A stretch of DNA of 64,000 nt from Paragordius varius (lineage: Eukaryota; Animalia; Nematomorpha): positions 4,774,001 to 4,838,000 of the forward strand of contig OZ176057.1 of assembly GCA_964247055.1 (NCBI GenBank), written 5' to 3'. This document shows, piece by piece, positions 63,727 to 64,000 of the stretch. How positions within the stretch are numbered: the first letter of the stretch is position 1; each line of letters starts with the position of its first letter. The position numbers and the translations under genes were made by a program. The notes under the pieces were generated by a model. That model saw nothing but the letters and a program-made list of their open reading frames with translations. It did no database searches and was not told the origin of the DNA.

Positions 63727-64000
63727 TATATATTTTGAAGTAGTTTTATATCCATCTTGTAAAAAAACTACTGTTTTAGTGTTATGCATAAATGCAATTA
63801 TCAAACATTACTCCCCTCTATTTAAATATAAAAGCTCTATTTTACAAAGGATTATATATATAGAGTCTAAAATCGGGACAGTTTATCAAGTGTGTGCTGG
63901 TAAGCTTTGTATTCGCATTTATTAACAATATACATTTATTTTGTTGTATTCGCTATTTAAAAAACAATGGCGGCAAATGAGATTAGAATTTTTTATGATT

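Noticed and set aside
1-64000. tRNA, rRNA or snRNA genes; horizontally acquired or viral genes; species assignment
   Set aside because: No cloverleaf, rRNA or Sm-type signatures were recognised and all long ORFs are explained by animal genes or retroelements. The sequence supports only an AT-rich invertebrate, not a specific taxon.

Overview
Very AT-rich, intron-rich animal (invertebrate) genomic DNA, dense in short TIR elements and (TA)n microsatellites. No prokaryotic features, tRNA or rRNA were recognised. Host genes: (1) the 3' part of a UBR3-type E3 ligase on + (about 28-29 exons, 1-22321); (2) two paralogous two-exon genes for a 67-aa secreted peptide with one six-Cys antistasin-type domain (25097-26288 and 45588-46697); (3) a long-isoform TSC22/bunched gene on - (54295-50307); (4) a decayed Thr/Ser/Asn-rich tandem coding repeat on - (about 58940-60770). 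The centre of the window is best explained by an old tandem duplication of about 7.5 kb (about 20826-28340), running from a UBR3 intron through its 3' UTR and the antistasin-like gene. A non-autonomous Helitron sits at the duplication junction. The second copy has been invaded by a nested stack: a long-TIR foldback element containing a Gypsy/Mag LTR retrotransposon, whose 3'-LTR position is an unusual 47-bp-TIR hairpin interrupted by a full-length RTE LINE; then a second foldback element and a second Helitron. All alignments were made by eye, so repeat boundaries are approximate unless a junction motif is quoted.
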